A DNA stretch of 61,074 nt, filler included. It is 5 parts of 5 records of this genome, joined end to end, with 100 filler letters (N's around TTAATTAATTAA, not from the genome) between each part and the next. Parts side by side here need not be neighbours in the genome. Positions count along the whole stretch, not along the records: positions 1 to 26,459 come from SRR20825006_2423; 4 more parts are not named here. One strand, written 5' to 3'. Of this stretch, positions 1-9,401 are shown in pieces. The notes beneath the pieces were generated by a model. That model ran no database searches and was not told the origin of the DNA. It saw only the letters and a list, made by a program, of their open reading frames with translations. The translations under genes and the position numbers were made by a program. Each line of letters opens with the position of its first letter. The stretch's first letter is position 1.

Positions 1-62
1 TGACACATCTCTCCTCGCCGCTCGCCGCGTCTTCATGAGGGGGCAACAAGGTGGGGTTTGGC

Positions 63-1745
63 TCAGTTCGAAGGCCAGAGCATCCTGGCGCCTTCTACCA
101 GCGAGATCAGCTCGGAGCGCTTGGGCTGGCTCGCGTCGCTGTGGTTCCCGAGGATGGTGAGGATATCATCGAAGCGCGCGCCATCGCTGTGTTTCGAGCC
201 GCGCAGGATCTCGGCGTATTCGAGGACCGCGGCGGCGAACTGGAAATCACTCGATGCCGCATCAAAGCTCGTCTGGATCTGGTTCATCTTGATGCCACGC
301 GAGAACTCCGTGCTCGCTTCGCCGTATTGAGACTTGTGGCGCACGCGAACCTCGGCGAGCAGGGCCTCGGCTGCGGCATCCGGCGTGAGTTCGAGCTCGT
401 AGTAGGCGGTCACGGTGTGGCCTGGACCGATCTCGCCAGCGTCCACGGCGTCGTTCTCGAAGTCCTCGTTGTTCAACACGCGGTTGTCATAGCCCATCAG
501 GCGATAGCGCGTGACGGCTTCGTTGTTGAACTCGACCTGGATTTTGACATCCGCCGCGATCACCTCGAGCGTCGAGGGGAGGTCGGTGCCGAACACGCGC
601 TCGGCCTCGGCGATGGTGTCGACGTAGTAGTAGTTGCCGTTCCCTTCCTTGGCGATGTTCTCCATGTGGTAGTCATTGAAGTTGCCGAGGCCGTAACCCA
701 TGCAGGTGATCGAGATGTGGCGCTCGCGCTGAGTGGCGATGTAATCGATGAGCGCCGAGCCGGTCTTGCCGACGTTGAAGTCGCCATCGGTCAGGATGAT
801 CACGCGGTTGTTCGCGCCCTCGACCTTGTGGCGCTCCGCCATCTCGTAAGCGGTCACGATGCCTGCCTCGCCATTGGTCGAGCCGCCTGCGGACAGGCTG
901 TCGATCGCGGCCTGGATTTGCTGGCGGTTCGAGATCTCGGTGGACTCCAGCAGCACCGCATCGCGGCCCGCGTAGACGACGATCCCCACGGTGTCATCGG
1001 GGCGCAGGTTATCGAGCAGCTCGGCAAGCGATGCCTTGACCAACGAGAGCTTGCGGCTCGACTGCATCGAACCCGAGACATCGATCAGGAAGACGAGGTT
1101 GTTGTGCTTCATCGTCTCGGGGCTGACGTCCTTGCCTTTGACGCCGATGCGCACCAGGTGTTTGTCTTCACCGAACTCGCTCGGCGCGACCTCGAGGTTG
1201 ATCGAAAAGGCCTGGTCCTCTACAGGTTCGGGGTAAGCGTAGTCGAAGAAGTTGATGTACTCCTCGGGGCGCACGCCCGCTGGGGCGGGCAGCTTGCCGC
1301 GCGTGATATCCCGGCGCATGAGCGTATAGGAGGCGTTATCGACATCGATGGAGAAGGTCGATGTGTTCTCGGTCGCCGCGTCGATGAAGTCGTTCTCGAT
1401 GACCTCGGCGTAGGTCTCGCCGTCTTGATAGGATGGATCTTCTTCGGCAGGCTCGGGCTCGGGCGGCGCGCCATCATTGTTTATGGCGGTGGTGTTGTTT
1501 GGCGAGGTGTTGTTCGACGCGACGTTGTTGGCGGAGATGTTGTTTGTCGCGGTGTTGTTCCTCGGGGATTCTTGCATCGAGGTGTTGTTCGGGGAGCCGT
1601 CGCCGTATCGGTCCTCTTCGATGGAAGAGAAGGCGTTGTTCTCGTCATCGACGGCGGGGTCGTCTGCGCCGCAGGCGACGAGGAACAATGATGCAGAAAG
1701 GGCGCAAAGGGAGGGCACGAGCGTGCGGTTGAAGTGACGCGTCAT
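63..1745 (-). CDS. vWA-domain lipoprotein (YfbK-like: vWF_A + vWA + DUF3520-type C-terminus)
   Basis: Lipobox LVAC; STFSIDVDNASY and VRPEEYINFFDY motifs; MIDAS DVSGSM; ILTDGDFNVG; IAADVKIQVEFN; C-terminal FAAAVLEYAEILRGS. Start moved to ATG 1745, which has a GGAG RBS upstream. Confidence 0.88.
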   Translation of the reverse strand: MTRHFNRTLVPSLCALSASLFLVACGADDPAVDDENNAFSSIEEDRYGDGSPNNTSMQESPRNNTATNNISANNVASNNTSPNNTTAINNDGAPPEPEPAEEDPSYQDGETYAEVIENDFIDAATENTSTFSIDVDNASYTLMRRDITRGKLPAPAGVRPEEYINFFDYAYPEPVEDQAFSINLEVAPSEFGEDKHLVRIGVKGKDVSPETMKHNNLVFLIDVSGSMQSSRKLSLVKASLAELLDNLRPDDTVGIVVYAGRDAVLLESTEISNRQQIQAAIDSLSAGGSTNGEAGIVTAYEMAERHKVEGANNRVIILTDGDFNVGKTGSALIDYIATQRERHISITCMGYGLGNFNDYHMENIAKEGNGNYYYVDTIAEAERVFGTDLPSTLEVIAADVKIQVEFNNEAVTRYRLMGYDNRVLNNEDFENDAVDAGEIGPGHTVTAYYELELTPDAAAEALLAEVRVRHKSQYGEASTEFSRGIKMNQIQTSFDAASSDFQFAAAVLEYAEILRGSKHSDGARFDDILTILGNHSDASQPKRSELISLVEGARMLWPSN

Positions 1746-1978
1746 GGCGAAACTCCTATGGGATATGAGTAATGTAAGGTTGACGCCTCGGGATAAATGA
1801 AAGATGAGGCGTCGGCGCATATGCAGAGAGTAAATCAGAACCCTGCAAGGAAATCAAAAACGCGCGCTGGAAATTTGAGAATGTTTCGCCGGGTGGGCTG
1901 TTCATGTAGGCGTTCTTTGGTGGTTTTCGTCCAAAGATCCACGTGTTACCCTGCACTGTCGCGGAACGGAAGGTCCGT

Positions 1979-2668
1979 ATGATTGATACACAACAACTCC
2001 AAGATGCGCCCAAGTGCATCTCGGGCGTGGCCGAAGTCGCAGCCACGCTCGCGAGGGCCGATCAGGCTCAGTGCACTCATGCGATCGAGGTCACGACCTG
2101 TTTCCCGCTCGATATCGAGACGGTGGGGCGGATGCTCGAGGGGCTGGGCGAACGTGCTGGGATCGATATGATCCAGTCCGATGGGGTGTGCTATCTCAAC
2201 TTCGAGCGACCCGACGATTACAACCTCCGCATGCTCGACTTGGACGCTGGCGAGCACCTCGAGTCGAACGCCTCACTGCTCAAGCACCTCTCGGTGCTGC
2301 GCGGGGATGAGGGGTGGATGCGCAAGGTGCGCGAGCAGCACGAGCTGTTGCGGGTTGTCGCCAACGCGCGCTTCCAGCGCGTCGAGCTCTCTTACTTCAC
2401 CAGCCGCACCGATATCCCCAGCGCCAGGATTCAATCCACGCTCAATGATCTCGGCGCCAGCGGACACATCTTCATCGACATCGACGAGGAAGCTGGCGAG
2501 GTGTACTACGTCTTCCCTTCGTTCTCCTACCCGAAGGCGCGATACAACAAGAACATGATCCTGCTCGAGGAGCTCACGCCAAGAGAGCCGGAGCAAAACA
2601 CCTCCTGGTTGCTCATCGCGCTCGCGCTCGCAGTCTTCGTGATCCTCGTCATCGCCATGCTCCCATAA
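1979..2668 (+). CDS. Hypothetical protein, probable tandem winged-helix domains with C-terminal transmembrane anchor
   Basis: GGAAGG RBS before ATG 1979; two helix-turn-helix/beta-wing-like segments; hydrophobic C-terminus WLLIALALAVFVILVIAML. Confidence 0.65.
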   Translation: MIDTQQLQDAPKCISGVAEVAATLARADQAQCTHAIEVTTCFPLDIETVGRMLEGLGERAGIDMIQSDGVCYLNFERPDDYNLRMLDLDAGEHLESNASLLKHLSVLRGDEGWMRKVREQHELLRVVANARFQRVELSYFTSRTDIPSARIQSTLNDLGASGHIFIDIDEEAGEVYYVFPSFSYPKARYNKNMILLEELTPREPEQNTSWLLIALALAVFVILVIAMLP

Positions 2669-2879
2669 AACGTGCGGCGAGAGGCGCGAACATGCCTCTC
2701 GCGCTCGCCTCATCGACCCATCCACGAGCGCGCATTGTTCCAGACAGTGACGATGGTGCCCGGTCTGGCTTGATCCTGCTCACGAGCGGCGCTATGCTCG
2801 CGGCTCGAGCCTCTCTTCGGTTTTACGAGAGAGCACCAAAAGCGTTTCGATTCTCTTCTGACTCTGACGATGGGCCGCC

Positions 2880-4667
2880 ATGAACGATTCGATGCCATCC
2901 ACGTTGATCGCCAGAACCTCCTGGTTTGCTGCGCGGCTTTTGCCTGCAACGTTCCTCGTTATGACCGCCTGCGGCGGCTGCGGCGAGGAGCCAGACGAAG
3001 AGGACATGACCATCGTCATCGACGAGGACATGGCCGCTGGCGAAGACATGACCCCCGAAGAGGACATGACGCCAGAAGAGGATATGACGCCTCCTGTGGA
3101 AGATATGGCTCCGCCCGAAGAGGACATGGCGCCTCCCGTCGAAGACATGGGGCCTCCTGCTGGCGATGACGTCAGGCCGCTCACGTTCTCGGTGTATCCG
3201 CCCATCCCGGCGAGCTGCGACGAGCCAAACGTCGACTACCGCATCCCCTTTTCCATCATCGCCGAAAAGCGCGAAGATGGCTTCAGGCGCCCGCTGCGCC
3301 CCGGGGATCGCATCGCTGGTCGAACGCTCATTCCCAACGAGACCGTCACCGTCGGCGCCCTGCTCGCCGAGCGTGTCCGCATCGCCGCAGAGTCCGAGTC
3401 CGCATGCCAGACCAACGCCGATTGCGAGGCTGGCTTCAAGTGCGCCTCGGGCGGTGTTCGCGAAGCCTCCAAGGTGTGCACGCGTCAGACGGGGTTGAGC
3501 TTCGTGCCCGATTCCGTCGCGTTCGATTACGACCCCGGCGATGGCGATCGTCGCCAGATCGTCAGCGTCCTCGTCGAGAACTCCGGCGGCCTCCAGGGTT
3601 ATCTTCCCAAGGAGGTCGGCGAACTCTATGGCGAAGACGGGATGAAGGACCTCTTCGCCCAGGATGCTCGCGCCACCGATGGTGACCTGAGCTCGCGTGA
3701 TGCGATCAAGGAGTTCCTGACCTTCCTCGCGTCCTATATCGACCCTGCGAACTCGCGCCTGAGCGTCTGGTGGTTCGCCGGTGATACGCCCGTGCGCACC
3801 GTCGCCATCACCAACGAGGGCGAGAGCGAGGACTTCTACACCGCTGACCTGACCGACCCGATCGATAAGATCGCGAACCTGCCAACGCCGAGCGCCAACC
3901 TCGGCACAGGTAACGTCTATCAGGCGATCACGCGCGTCATCGATAAGGATATGGGGCTCGCCAAATACGCCGATTACGAAAAACACCTCTTCGTGATCGT
4001 CGACGGCCCCAACGAGGTCTTCGACTCCAACGCGACCAAGGAGAAGATCCTCGAGATGCTCCAGGAGCATGGGATCCACCTCTTTATCATCCACTTCGAC
4101 GCTTCGATCGACACGACGCTCGTGCGCGATCCGCTCGCCTACTGGGCGGGCAGCAAGCTGTGTCGCGATGACGAGTCCTGTATGGGCGCGCCTCCCTGCG
4201 CCTCGGACGCGGACTGCGAGAACTTCGAGGAGTGCCGCGCGGCAAAGATCTACCCCGCCGATCAGGCTGGAACGATCACCACCACGCCGCTCCCCTACTG
4301 CTTGCCAAAGTATCGCGAGGATGGCCGCCTCGGCCCGAATAACGCCTACGCGGACCTGGCCTGTCGCACCGGCGGGAACTACTTCTACTACTCCAACGCG
4401 CGCGCCATGGTGCAGCCGCTCAAGGAGATCCCCGCCGCGCTCGATGGGCAGTGGTCGATCGAGTCCAAGATCTCTTACCTCGATCTCGAGCGCGTCTCCG
4501 CTGGCTTCTATCGCCTGAGCGGTGTGTTCCTCGGGTTGTTCGGCAACGCGTCGCTCGGCTCCAAGCTCTCGAGTGACATCTTCGAGCCCGATCCCAACGA
4601 TCCGATGCAGGAGCGCGTGCGCACGCGAGATAACCGCCCGGTGATTCGACTCGGTATCCCCGAGTAA
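2880..4667 (+). CDS. Cys-rich lipoprotein with acidic EEDMTP repeats and a divergent vWA-like domain
   Basis: Signal peptide ending TACGGC; repeated EEDM(T/A)PP; vWA-like strands VSVLVENSGG, LFVIVDGPNE, LFIIHFD; CxxDADC Cys-rich repeats. Confidence 0.7.
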   Translation: MNDSMPSTLIARTSWFAARLLPATFLVMTACGGCGEEPDEEDMTIVIDEDMAAGEDMTPEEDMTPEEDMTPPVEDMAPPEEDMAPPVEDMGPPAGDDVRPLTFSVYPPIPASCDEPNVDYRIPFSIIAEKREDGFRRPLRPGDRIAGRTLIPNETVTVGALLAERVRIAAESESACQTNADCEAGFKCASGGVREASKVCTRQTGLSFVPDSVAFDYDPGDGDRRQIVSVLVENSGGLQGYLPKEVGELYGEDGMKDLFAQDARATDGDLSSRDAIKEFLTFLASYIDPANSRLSVWWFAGDTPVRTVAITNEGESEDFYTADLTDPIDKIANLPTPSANLGTGNVYQAITRVIDKDMGLAKYADYEKHLFVIVDGPNEVFDSNATKEKILEMLQEHGIHLFIIHFDASIDTTLVRDPLAYWAGSKLCRDDESCMGAPPCASDADCENFEECRAAKIYPADQAGTITTTPLPYCLPKYREDGRLGPNNAYADLACRTGGNYFYYSNARAMVQPLKEIPAALDGQWSIESKISYLDLERVSAGFYRLSGVFLGLFGNASLGSKLSSDIFEPDPNDPMQERVRTRDNRPVIRLGIPE

Positions 4668-4687
4668 GCGTCATCACGGCCAGACAT

Positions 4688-4724
4688 GAGCCTCGTCACC
4701 CTCTCAGGGTGGCGAGGCTTTTTT
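4688..4724 (+). terminator. Rho-independent terminator
   Basis: GAGCCTCGTCACCCT-ctc-AGGGTGGCGAGGCTT followed by a T run, 20 nt after the stop codon. Confidence 0.8.
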
Positions 4725-5023
4725 GTTGCCTGCAGCCAACGTGTCGATGTGTTCCAGCGACGGTGGCACGCGAACGAGCCGGCGCGGGATTTCCCGCTTT
4801 GCCTCGAGGGTTCTATTCGGGTGAGAAATCCCGCGCCGGCTCGTTCGCTCGGCTGTCAGGCGCGCATAAAATCAAGCGCCGTACACTCTGGGTGCACGAT
4901 CATTTGGTCTGCGAGTCATGCGTGCCTTGATGTAGGACAATGTGCTCTGCTAAAAGAAAAGAGTCCTCCTTTCAAAAGCAACTATTTGGGTGTCAACCAT
5001 TGACGCGCGTCGAGTGGGCGATC

Positions 5024-6391
5024 ATGAGCGCAGAAACCACCAGCGGTATCCTCATCTTGTGTGATCCTGAGGCTGAGGCCGGATCACTGTCCGAAGCTGT
5101 CGAGGCTCACGGGTGGTGTCTGCGCGCGCTGGATGATCCAGACGAGTTCTCGAGCGTGCTCGAGGAGGGGGATTGGCTGTGCGCGGTGGTCTGCGATGAT
5201 GTCTCGCGCACGCGCCTCGATGGCGCGCTCCGCAATCGCAGCGATGAGCTCCCGATTATCGGCGCCGTGCGCCAAGGGGATGTGGCGCGCTCGGTGCTCG
5301 CCATGCAGCTCGGCGCGGTGACGGTCCTCGAGCTCAAGTCAGGAAACCTCCTCCCTTCGAGCTCGAGCGTGCTCGCGGCCATCGACGAGTTTATTCGTCC
5401 GCTGGCAGGCACCGACCAATACGATCCTCGGGACAAGATCGTGCGAGCGCCGGACTCTCCGATCAACGAGGTGCTCGACATCCTCCCGCAGCTCGCGCGC
5501 AGCGACGCGCCGGTGTTGATCACCGGCGAGAGCGGCACCGGCAAGGACCTGCTCGCCCGAACAATTCACGAGCTCGGTCCTCGCTCTGGAGGACCATTTA
5601 TCGCGGTCAACTGCGGCGCTATCCCGCACGAGCTGCTCGAGAGCGAGCTGTTCGGTCACGTCCGCGGCGCCTTCACAGGCGCCATCGCCGACCAGCGCGG
5701 TCAGTTCGAGGCCGCGCACAGGGGGACGATCTTCCTCGACGAGGTCGCCGAGATGCCCTCGGATGTGCAGGTCAAGTTGCTGCGCGTGTTGCAGGAGAAG
5801 CAGCTCACGCCGCTCGGATCGACGACGCCGATCAAGGTCGACTTTCGCGTGATCGCGGCCACCAACCGCGACATCGAGTCGGAGATGGATCGCAGCGGCT
5901 TTCGCGATGATCTCTACTACCGCCTGAGCGTCCTCCCATTACACATGCCCGCGCTTCGCGAGCGCCCGCAGGATATCCCGATCCTCGCCGCGCACTTTAT
6001 CGCGCTCCAGAACGAGGAGCACGGCACGGGCCTCGTCGATCTCACCCGCGAGGTGCGCACGCTCTTCAAGCGCTACGTGTGGCCAGGCAACGTGCGCGAG
6101 CTCGAGAACCTGATCCAGCGCATCTCCATCATCAAGCGCAGCGGGTTTATCGAGCGCGAGGATCTTCCTATTCAGATCGTGGATGCTTCGCCGCAACCCC
6201 TGCTCGGACTCGACGTGCCCAGCGAGGGGATCGATATGGCCAGCACGCTCGATCGCCTCGAGAACAGGTTGCTCGAAGGAGCGCTCAAGAAGGCATCGGG
6301 GAACAAGGCGCAGGCCGCCAGATTGCTCGGGATCAACCGCACCACGCTCGTCGAGAAGCTCAAGCGCAAGCAGATCTCGCTCGACGATTGA
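5024..6391 (+). CDS. Sigma-54-dependent enhancer-binding protein (atypical receiver + AAA+ + Fis HTH)
   Basis: Walker A GESGTGKD, ESELFGHVRGAFTGA, IFLDEV, FRDDLYYRL, WPGNVRELEN, C-terminal HTH NKAQAARLLGINRTTLVEKLK. Confidence 0.93.
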   Translation: MSAETTSGILILCDPEAEAGSLSEAVEAHGWCLRALDDPDEFSSVLEEGDWLCAVVCDDVSRTRLDGALRNRSDELPIIGAVRQGDVARSVLAMQLGAVTVLELKSGNLLPSSSSVLAAIDEFIRPLAGTDQYDPRDKIVRAPDSPINEVLDILPQLARSDAPVLITGESGTGKDLLARTIHELGPRSGGPFIAVNCGAIPHELLESELFGHVRGAFTGAIADQRGQFEAAHRGTIFLDEVAEMPSDVQVKLLRVLQEKQLTPLGSTTPIKVDFRVIAATNRDIESEMDRSGFRDDLYYRLSVLPLHMPALRERPQDIPILAAHFIALQNEEHGTGLVDLTREVRTLFKRYVWPGNVRELENLIQRISIIKRSGFIEREDLPIQIVDASPQPLLGLDVPSEGIDMASTLDRLENRLLEGALKKASGNKAQAARLLGINRTTLVEKLKRKQISLDD

Positions 6392-6502
6392 TCGACCTCC
6401 GCGGCTGATTTCCTCGCTCAGATCGGTTACCTTTCATGGGTGAGGTAGGTCTCTGGAGCACATCGTGCCCTGCGAGACGCGTTGACGGTATGAGGAGGCG
6501 CC

Positions 6503-7786
6503 ATGGCCCGCGATAAGAAGCAGCTCCAGATCTTTGCTCCTGGCGCCGAGGACCCCAACAAGGCTTTCCTCGAGGCGATGGGTATCACCACGTTGATCTG
6601 TGCGGTGATGGCTGCTGTCGGGTTCCAGTACGCGTTCTTCCCTGACGCCAGCCAAACCGCCAAAAAACCCGCCCCGACGCGTACCGATGGCAAGACGCCG
6701 CTCTCTCCCGCCGAGCAGATCTCGCGCGACCTCCAGGAAAAGTCCGAAGCGGAGCTCGAGCAGGTCGAGTGGACAGACGAGAAGGCGCTCGCTGCGTTCG
6801 AGTTCGGACCTCGGCTCGCGTCCGAGAACGCGTGCGAGGCGAGCCTGAAGAACCTCTCCAAAGAGCGCGCGGCGATGCTGCAAACCACGCTGGACGAGCG
6901 CAAGTCCTTCGCGCCGCGCATCTGCCTCGTGCGCGCCTGGTTCAACAAGGAGCTCGACAAACACCCCGAGCTCGTCGCTGAAGTCGACGAGTACTGGGGC
7001 GAGGTCACGCGTTTTGAAGAAGCGGACATGCACATCACGCTGATGGTCAACGAGTACCGAAAGACGCGTGATCGCCCCGAGGATCCTCGCTACTACCGTT
7101 GGCTTCGCCACTGCGCGATGCATCCTGGCGTCACCTCCTGGAGGCCGTGCGTCGAGGCCGTGCGGCAACTCTCGCCGATGCAAGGGGGCGACATGCTCGG
7201 CATGATCGAGCTTCATTTGCAAAAGGTCCCACTCCCCACTCCCCAGGAGATGACCAACCTGACCGAGACCCTCGCGCTCATCGCGCAGAACGGTCAGCCC
7301 TCATTCTGGAAGTTGCAAAAAGACATCCCCGAGGAGGAGTACACGACCCAGATGAAGCTGGCGTCGACGTTCTATCTCTGTCGCATCGTCAACTCGCCGG
7401 TGCAGCACGACGCGATCGCTGCCGCAGATGCGTTGGGTGATCTCGCCAACGTCAGCTCGAGAGGGCGCGAGGAGATCCGCCTCGCGCGCTGGCGAGAAGC
7501 CTGTCGTATCACCTACGGCGGCAAGCGCCCGGACCTCGAGCTGGTCGATGACCCGATCCTCGCGGATAACAACGTCCCACAGCTCGAGGTGTGGAACGGC
7601 GTCGAGGGCGCCAAGCCCGAGTATTCGATGTCCGCGGCGGTCGCCAGAGGGCTTTGCCAGACCGAGCCCGAGCGCCCGATCTGGTATTGTGGCGTGAAGC
7701 TGTGGCGCGAGCCTTCCATGTCCATCGATGCGCTCGTCAAGCGCTCCTTCGTCGACACGCGCTACCTCGAGTGGACCAACCAGTAG
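6503..7786 (+). CDS. Hypothetical membrane-anchored, helical, Cys-containing exported protein
   Basis: GAGGAGG RBS; N-terminal TM segment; 427 aa with GC3-biased codons. Confidence 0.7.
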   Translation: MARDKKQLQIFAPGAEDPNKAFLEAMGITTLICAVMAAVGFQYAFFPDASQTAKKPAPTRTDGKTPLSPAEQISRDLQEKSEAELEQVEWTDEKALAAFEFGPRLASENACEASLKNLSKERAAMLQTTLDERKSFAPRICLVRAWFNKELDKHPELVAEVDEYWGEVTRFEEADMHITLMVNEYRKTRDRPEDPRYYRWLRHCAMHPGVTSWRPCVEAVRQLSPMQGGDMLGMIELHLQKVPLPTPQEMTNLTETLALIAQNGQPSFWKLQKDIPEEEYTTQMKLASTFYLCRIVNSPVQHDAIAAADALGDLANVSSRGREEIRLARWREACRITYGGKRPDLELVDDPILADNNVPQLEVWNGVEGAKPEYSMSAAVARGLCQTEPERPIWYCGVKLWREPSMSIDALVKRSFVDTRYLEWTNQ

Positions 7787-7794
7787 CGCTCGTT

Positions 7795-7810
7795 TGGCAC
7801 GTATTCTGCT
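7795..7810 (+). promoter_or_regulatory. Sigma-54 (-24/-12) promoter
   Basis: TGGCACGTATTCTGCT matches GG-N10-GC with a TGGCAC core; intergenic, about 80 nt upstream of the 7890 ORF. Confidence 0.65.
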
Positions 7811-7889
7811 CTACACATCATCACTCGCTAGAGAGGCCGCGAAGTTCTCGTGAAAGCGGCGCAATGATACTCCGAGTGATGGTGAGCAA

Positions 7890-9230
7890 GTGACAGAAAT
7901 GTCGTTCGAACCCAACCTCTTGTTGGGCATCTTCTCCTTCGTCGTCGCGTTGGTTTACAGCCAGACGGCCTACGCTCGAGAGCCGTGCCAGCAGCTCGGC
8001 CAGGGTGGCGATATCCTCACGCGCGCTCGCGCCGAACGCCGCATCTTGCAGAACCTCTCCATGCTCGAAGGGAGCGCGCAGCACGAGCGCTCCGAGGCGA
8101 TCGAGCAAGTCGCCGAGCGCGCTGCTCGCGATGACGCCATCGGCAGGGCGAGCGCGATGACGCTCGAGAAGACCTACCAGGATGATTTCGAGATCGAGGT
8201 CGCCGCGGTGATGCTCCACCGCGGCGAAAACCACGAGGGGTTCCGCCTCTGCGATGCGCGAGGCGGCGTCACCCGAGGTACGCTCGAGCGCAACTGGTGG
8301 GGATTCTACGAGAGCGTTTACATACCCGAGGTCTCGATGCCCGGTGAGGTCCGAGGATTTCCGAGCGTGGGGATGTCGGTCTTCTACCTGCGCTCGAACG
8401 ATGGCGTCGAGTTTGGCATCCCGGGTCGCAACCCCTCGCTCGATTATGTGCAGTCACTCGGCGGCTTGTCGTTTCAGCGCGGGTGGTTTTCCCTTTCGGT
8501 AGGCGCGTTTACTCAGAAATACCCTGAGGCGAGCGACGTCCCCGAAGAGCTGCTCTCGCCGTCTGTTTATGGCGATCTGGATGTGGGGTTAAAGCGCGAG
8601 CGCTCGCTTTATCTGAACCTCGGGATTCCCAAACTCGGCGTGAGCTTTGACCTCGTGGGGTTGCCCGGCAACCGCCGAGGCGGTGTGGACGTCGCACAAC
8701 TCGGCGTGGGCGGGATCGAGATCCCTGCCGGGATGCGCCTCGACGCGACGGCCGGGTTCCTGGGGCAGCAGGACACGTTCTTTGGCGCGCTGGCGCTCGA
8801 CGAGATCCCCGGTGGTTTTGATCTCGAGGTCGGCTTCGAGGCAAACGATCCTTACTTCAAGTATGCTCGGGTGCGCTGGAAGCCCTCCTTTCGCAAGACG
8901 TGGCTCGTGCAACCAGAGCCCCCGCCACCTCCGCAGTATTACTCGTCCTATTCATCCTCGGACAGCTACGAGCCTTACGTCTCGCAGTTGCGCTTCTCGC
9001 CCTTTGTCGCCGCGAGCGTCACGCAGGACGAACTCTTCCTGCCTCGGCGCGACTCTCGATGGGTGTACGGTGGATTGCTCGGCGCCGAGCTTCGTTGGGA
9101 GCAGGATCTGATGTCGATGGGCTTCGAGGCTCACGTGGGGCGGGACTTCTCCGACTGGCTGCTCGTCCTCCCCGAGACCTCCGATCGCCTGACCTGGGGG
9201 ACGAGCATCTTCCTCTATGTCGGGATTTAG
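7890..9230 (+). CDS. Hypothetical secreted protein, possible outer-membrane beta-barrel C-terminal half
   Basis: Signal peptide ending AYA; C-terminal half has alternating amphipathic strands ending TWGTSIFLYVGI. Confidence 0.6.
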   Translation: MTEMSFEPNLLLGIFSFVVALVYSQTAYAREPCQQLGQGGDILTRARAERRILQNLSMLEGSAQHERSEAIEQVAERAARDDAIGRASAMTLEKTYQDDFEIEVAAVMLHRGENHEGFRLCDARGGVTRGTLERNWWGFYESVYIPEVSMPGEVRGFPSVGMSVFYLRSNDGVEFGIPGRNPSLDYVQSLGGLSFQRGWFSLSVGAFTQKYPEASDVPEELLSPSVYGDLDVGLKRERSLYLNLGIPKLGVSFDLVGLPGNRRGGVDVAQLGVGGIEIPAGMRLDATAGFLGQQDTFFGALALDEIPGGFDLEVGFEANDPYFKYARVRWKPSFRKTWLVQPEPPPPPQYYSSYSSSDSYEPYVSQLRFSPFVAASVTQDELFLPRRDSRWVYGGLLGAELRWEQDLMSMGFEAHVGRDFSDWLLVLPETSDRLTWGTSIFLYVGI

Positions 9231-9281
9231 AGCGGCGCTCTGGAGCTTGTCTGTTTCATTGTGAACCACCGACGGTGGCCC

Positions 9282-9365
9282 GCGAGACAAGCCGGCAAGA
9301 AATTTTGATGCCCGGCTGGAGTCGTCTCCAACCGGGCACCAAAATTTCTTGCCGGCTTGTCTCGC
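9282..9365. repeat. 84-nt inverted repeat (40-bp arms) between convergent genes
   Basis: GCGAGACAAGCCGGCAAGAAATTTTGATGCCCGGCTGGAG-tcgt-CTCCAACCGGGCACCAAAATTTCTTGCCGGCTTGTCTCGC with two mismatches. Confidence 0.9.
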
Positions 9366-9401
9366 TCGGCGAGGCGACCGTCAGTGATCAGGCTCCTCGC
9401 C

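Noticed and set aside
51-1691. Long antisense ORFs (also 2823-4094, 10482-12317, 16466-17770, 22246-24102, 32068-33429, 38711-39943)
   Set aside because: They mirror real genes on the opposite strand; this is the expected artefact of high-GC codon bias, and they carry no motifs or RBS.
2997-3155. Possible CRISPR or tandem DNA array
   Set aside because: The repeats are degenerate, in-frame coding units without unique spacers, and no cas genes are present.
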